64,000 nucleotides of DNA from Tubiluchus corallicola (Eukaryota; Animalia; Priapulida), in the NCBI GenBank assembly GCA_030141605.1, contig JAQGDQ010000911.1, positions 17,117 through 81,116 on the forward strand. Reading direction: 5' to 3'. A program made the translations under genes and the position numbers. Shown here piece after piece: positions 61,154 through 64,000 of this stretch. Numbering within the stretch: position 1 is the first letter of the stretch; each line of letters starts with the position of its first letter. The notes under the pieces are model-generated. The model did no database searches. It saw only the letters and a program-made list of their open reading frames with translations, and had not been told where the DNA came from.

Positions 61154-61251
61154 ATTTTAAGCAAAGATGAAGATGAAAACTGGTATAGAGCTGAAATTGA
61201 TGGCAAAGAAGGTTTCGTACCTCGTAATTACATTGACATGAAAAGTCACGA
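61154..61251 (+). CDS. GRB2: GRB2/drk coding exon 2 (end of N-SH3)
   Basis: cag|[34 protein letters not shown]|gtatgt, 98 nt. Confidence 0.9.
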
Positions 61252-61261
61252 GTATGTTATG

Positions 61262-62443
<1,182 letters not shown>

Positions 62444-62535
62444 AGCTAATTATTCAAATATAAAAAATAATTGCTAACTTTTATAGCCAAGAAAATTTAT
62501 ACTTCGGACAGAAAATTAACATGAGATTGAGTCTA

Positions 62536-62793
<258 letters not shown>

Positions 62794-63114
62794 TTAATTC
62801 TTTATATGTCATTAAAATGGTTCACTCATTATAATGAGATTGAGTAAGCCTCAGCGTAAAGTTAAAATAACAACACTGTTTAAGACAAATGCATCCAGTG
62901 CAGACTAAAAAAAAACTAAAGTGCAAAACTATATACAATAAATGAACATATTTACAAACACCATATTAAAATATTTTTACAAAACAATTTTACGAAAGTA
63001 CATTAAATTTTACATGACATATTTTACACTATATATATACATTTGACATGACACAATTAACATAACACGTATTACATTACATAATTTTTTTTAAAAAAAT
63101 TTCATTTTTAATCG

Positions 63115-63378
63115 TTATATGGATTCAGGGGCGGGGTAGATGAAAGTGGAGTCTGTGTAATTAATATCAGATGCACAATGTGGAAGTTGAAACCTGTTAT
63201 ATTGATATTCTTTTAAGTGGTGGAGAGATTCTATTTGTTTTATTTCACTGGGTAGTAAGTTCCATAAATTTATGGCCTGTTTTGATATAGAGTTATTTCC
63301 AAATTTATTGTTTACTGTAATTTGCTTTAAATTGTATGTTCTAGTGTTTAAAGTGGTATCAGGAATGAAAGTGCTCAC
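63115..63378 (-). mobile_element. LINE 3' fragment
   Basis: NNKFGNNSISKQAINLWNLLP, similar to 22613-23056. Confidence 0.6.
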
Positions 63379-63706
63379 TTAATGTAAAAGTACCTTTACG
63401 CATAAGTCAAATTAGCATTATTCAGCTTGTAAGATAATATTTACAATCATATAAACGAATATAGAAAATTACAGAAAAATGCACGACGAAGTTAATTGGA
63501 CTTAAACGATGATTTCCTCAAGATTAAGTTTTTCAGTGTACAGCCTGCACCTCGACTTCAATGTGGATTATTTCAGCTTAGAAATAACATAGAGCGATGA
63601 GTTTGGTATCAAAATGATCCTCATGAAACGGAGATTCAGGATGTGTGAATAACTAGAAAAGCTTAATTGCTGACTTATGGACAATTTTGCTGTGAAAGCA
63701 AACACA

Positions 63707-63710
<4 letters not shown>

Positions 63711-63796
<86 letters not shown>

Positions 63797-63840
63797 AAGA
63801 GAGAGGGAGGGGGAGAGAGAGGGGAGAGAAAGACAGAGAC

Positions 63841-63902
<62 letters not shown>

Positions 63903-63937
63903 CAGCAAAAAGAGAGAAAGCCAGCACGGGACAGAGA

Positions 63938-63983
<46 letters not shown>

Positions 63984-64000
63984 AAGAGAGAGAGAGAGAG
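63711..64000 (+). repeat. (GA)n-rich tract running off the window
   Basis: Directly visible. Confidence 0.95.

Overview
AT-rich, intron-containing animal (invertebrate-like) genomic DNA. I can support these protein-coding genes. (1) DDX41/abstrakt, a single uninterrupted ORF (minus, 7162-9069). (2) Two paralogous genes arranged head-to-head, each with two coding exons, encoding unrecognised ~140-aa two-TM proteins (minus 14492-17813; plus 21424-22142). (3) A complete PMS2 with 15 coding exons (minus, 25320-51689, ~969 aa). (4) DHX8/Prp22, a single uninterrupted ORF divergent from PMS2 (plus, 54009-57584). (5) The 5' part of GRB2/drk: its two SH3 exons are on the plus strand, but the next (SH2) exon is on the minus strand between a (CT)n and a (GA)n tract. 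The rest is non-autonomous DNA transposons (hAT-, pogo/Tigger-, Kolobok- and Helitron-like), solo LTRs, a tRNA-derived SINE, decayed LINEs, many minisatellites and a degenerate TTAGGG tract. The best leads are the orphan membrane-protein gene pair under purifying selection, the inverted GRB2 exon, and the two intronless spliceosomal helicases beside genes that retain their introns. All family assignments come from reading motifs; no database search was run.
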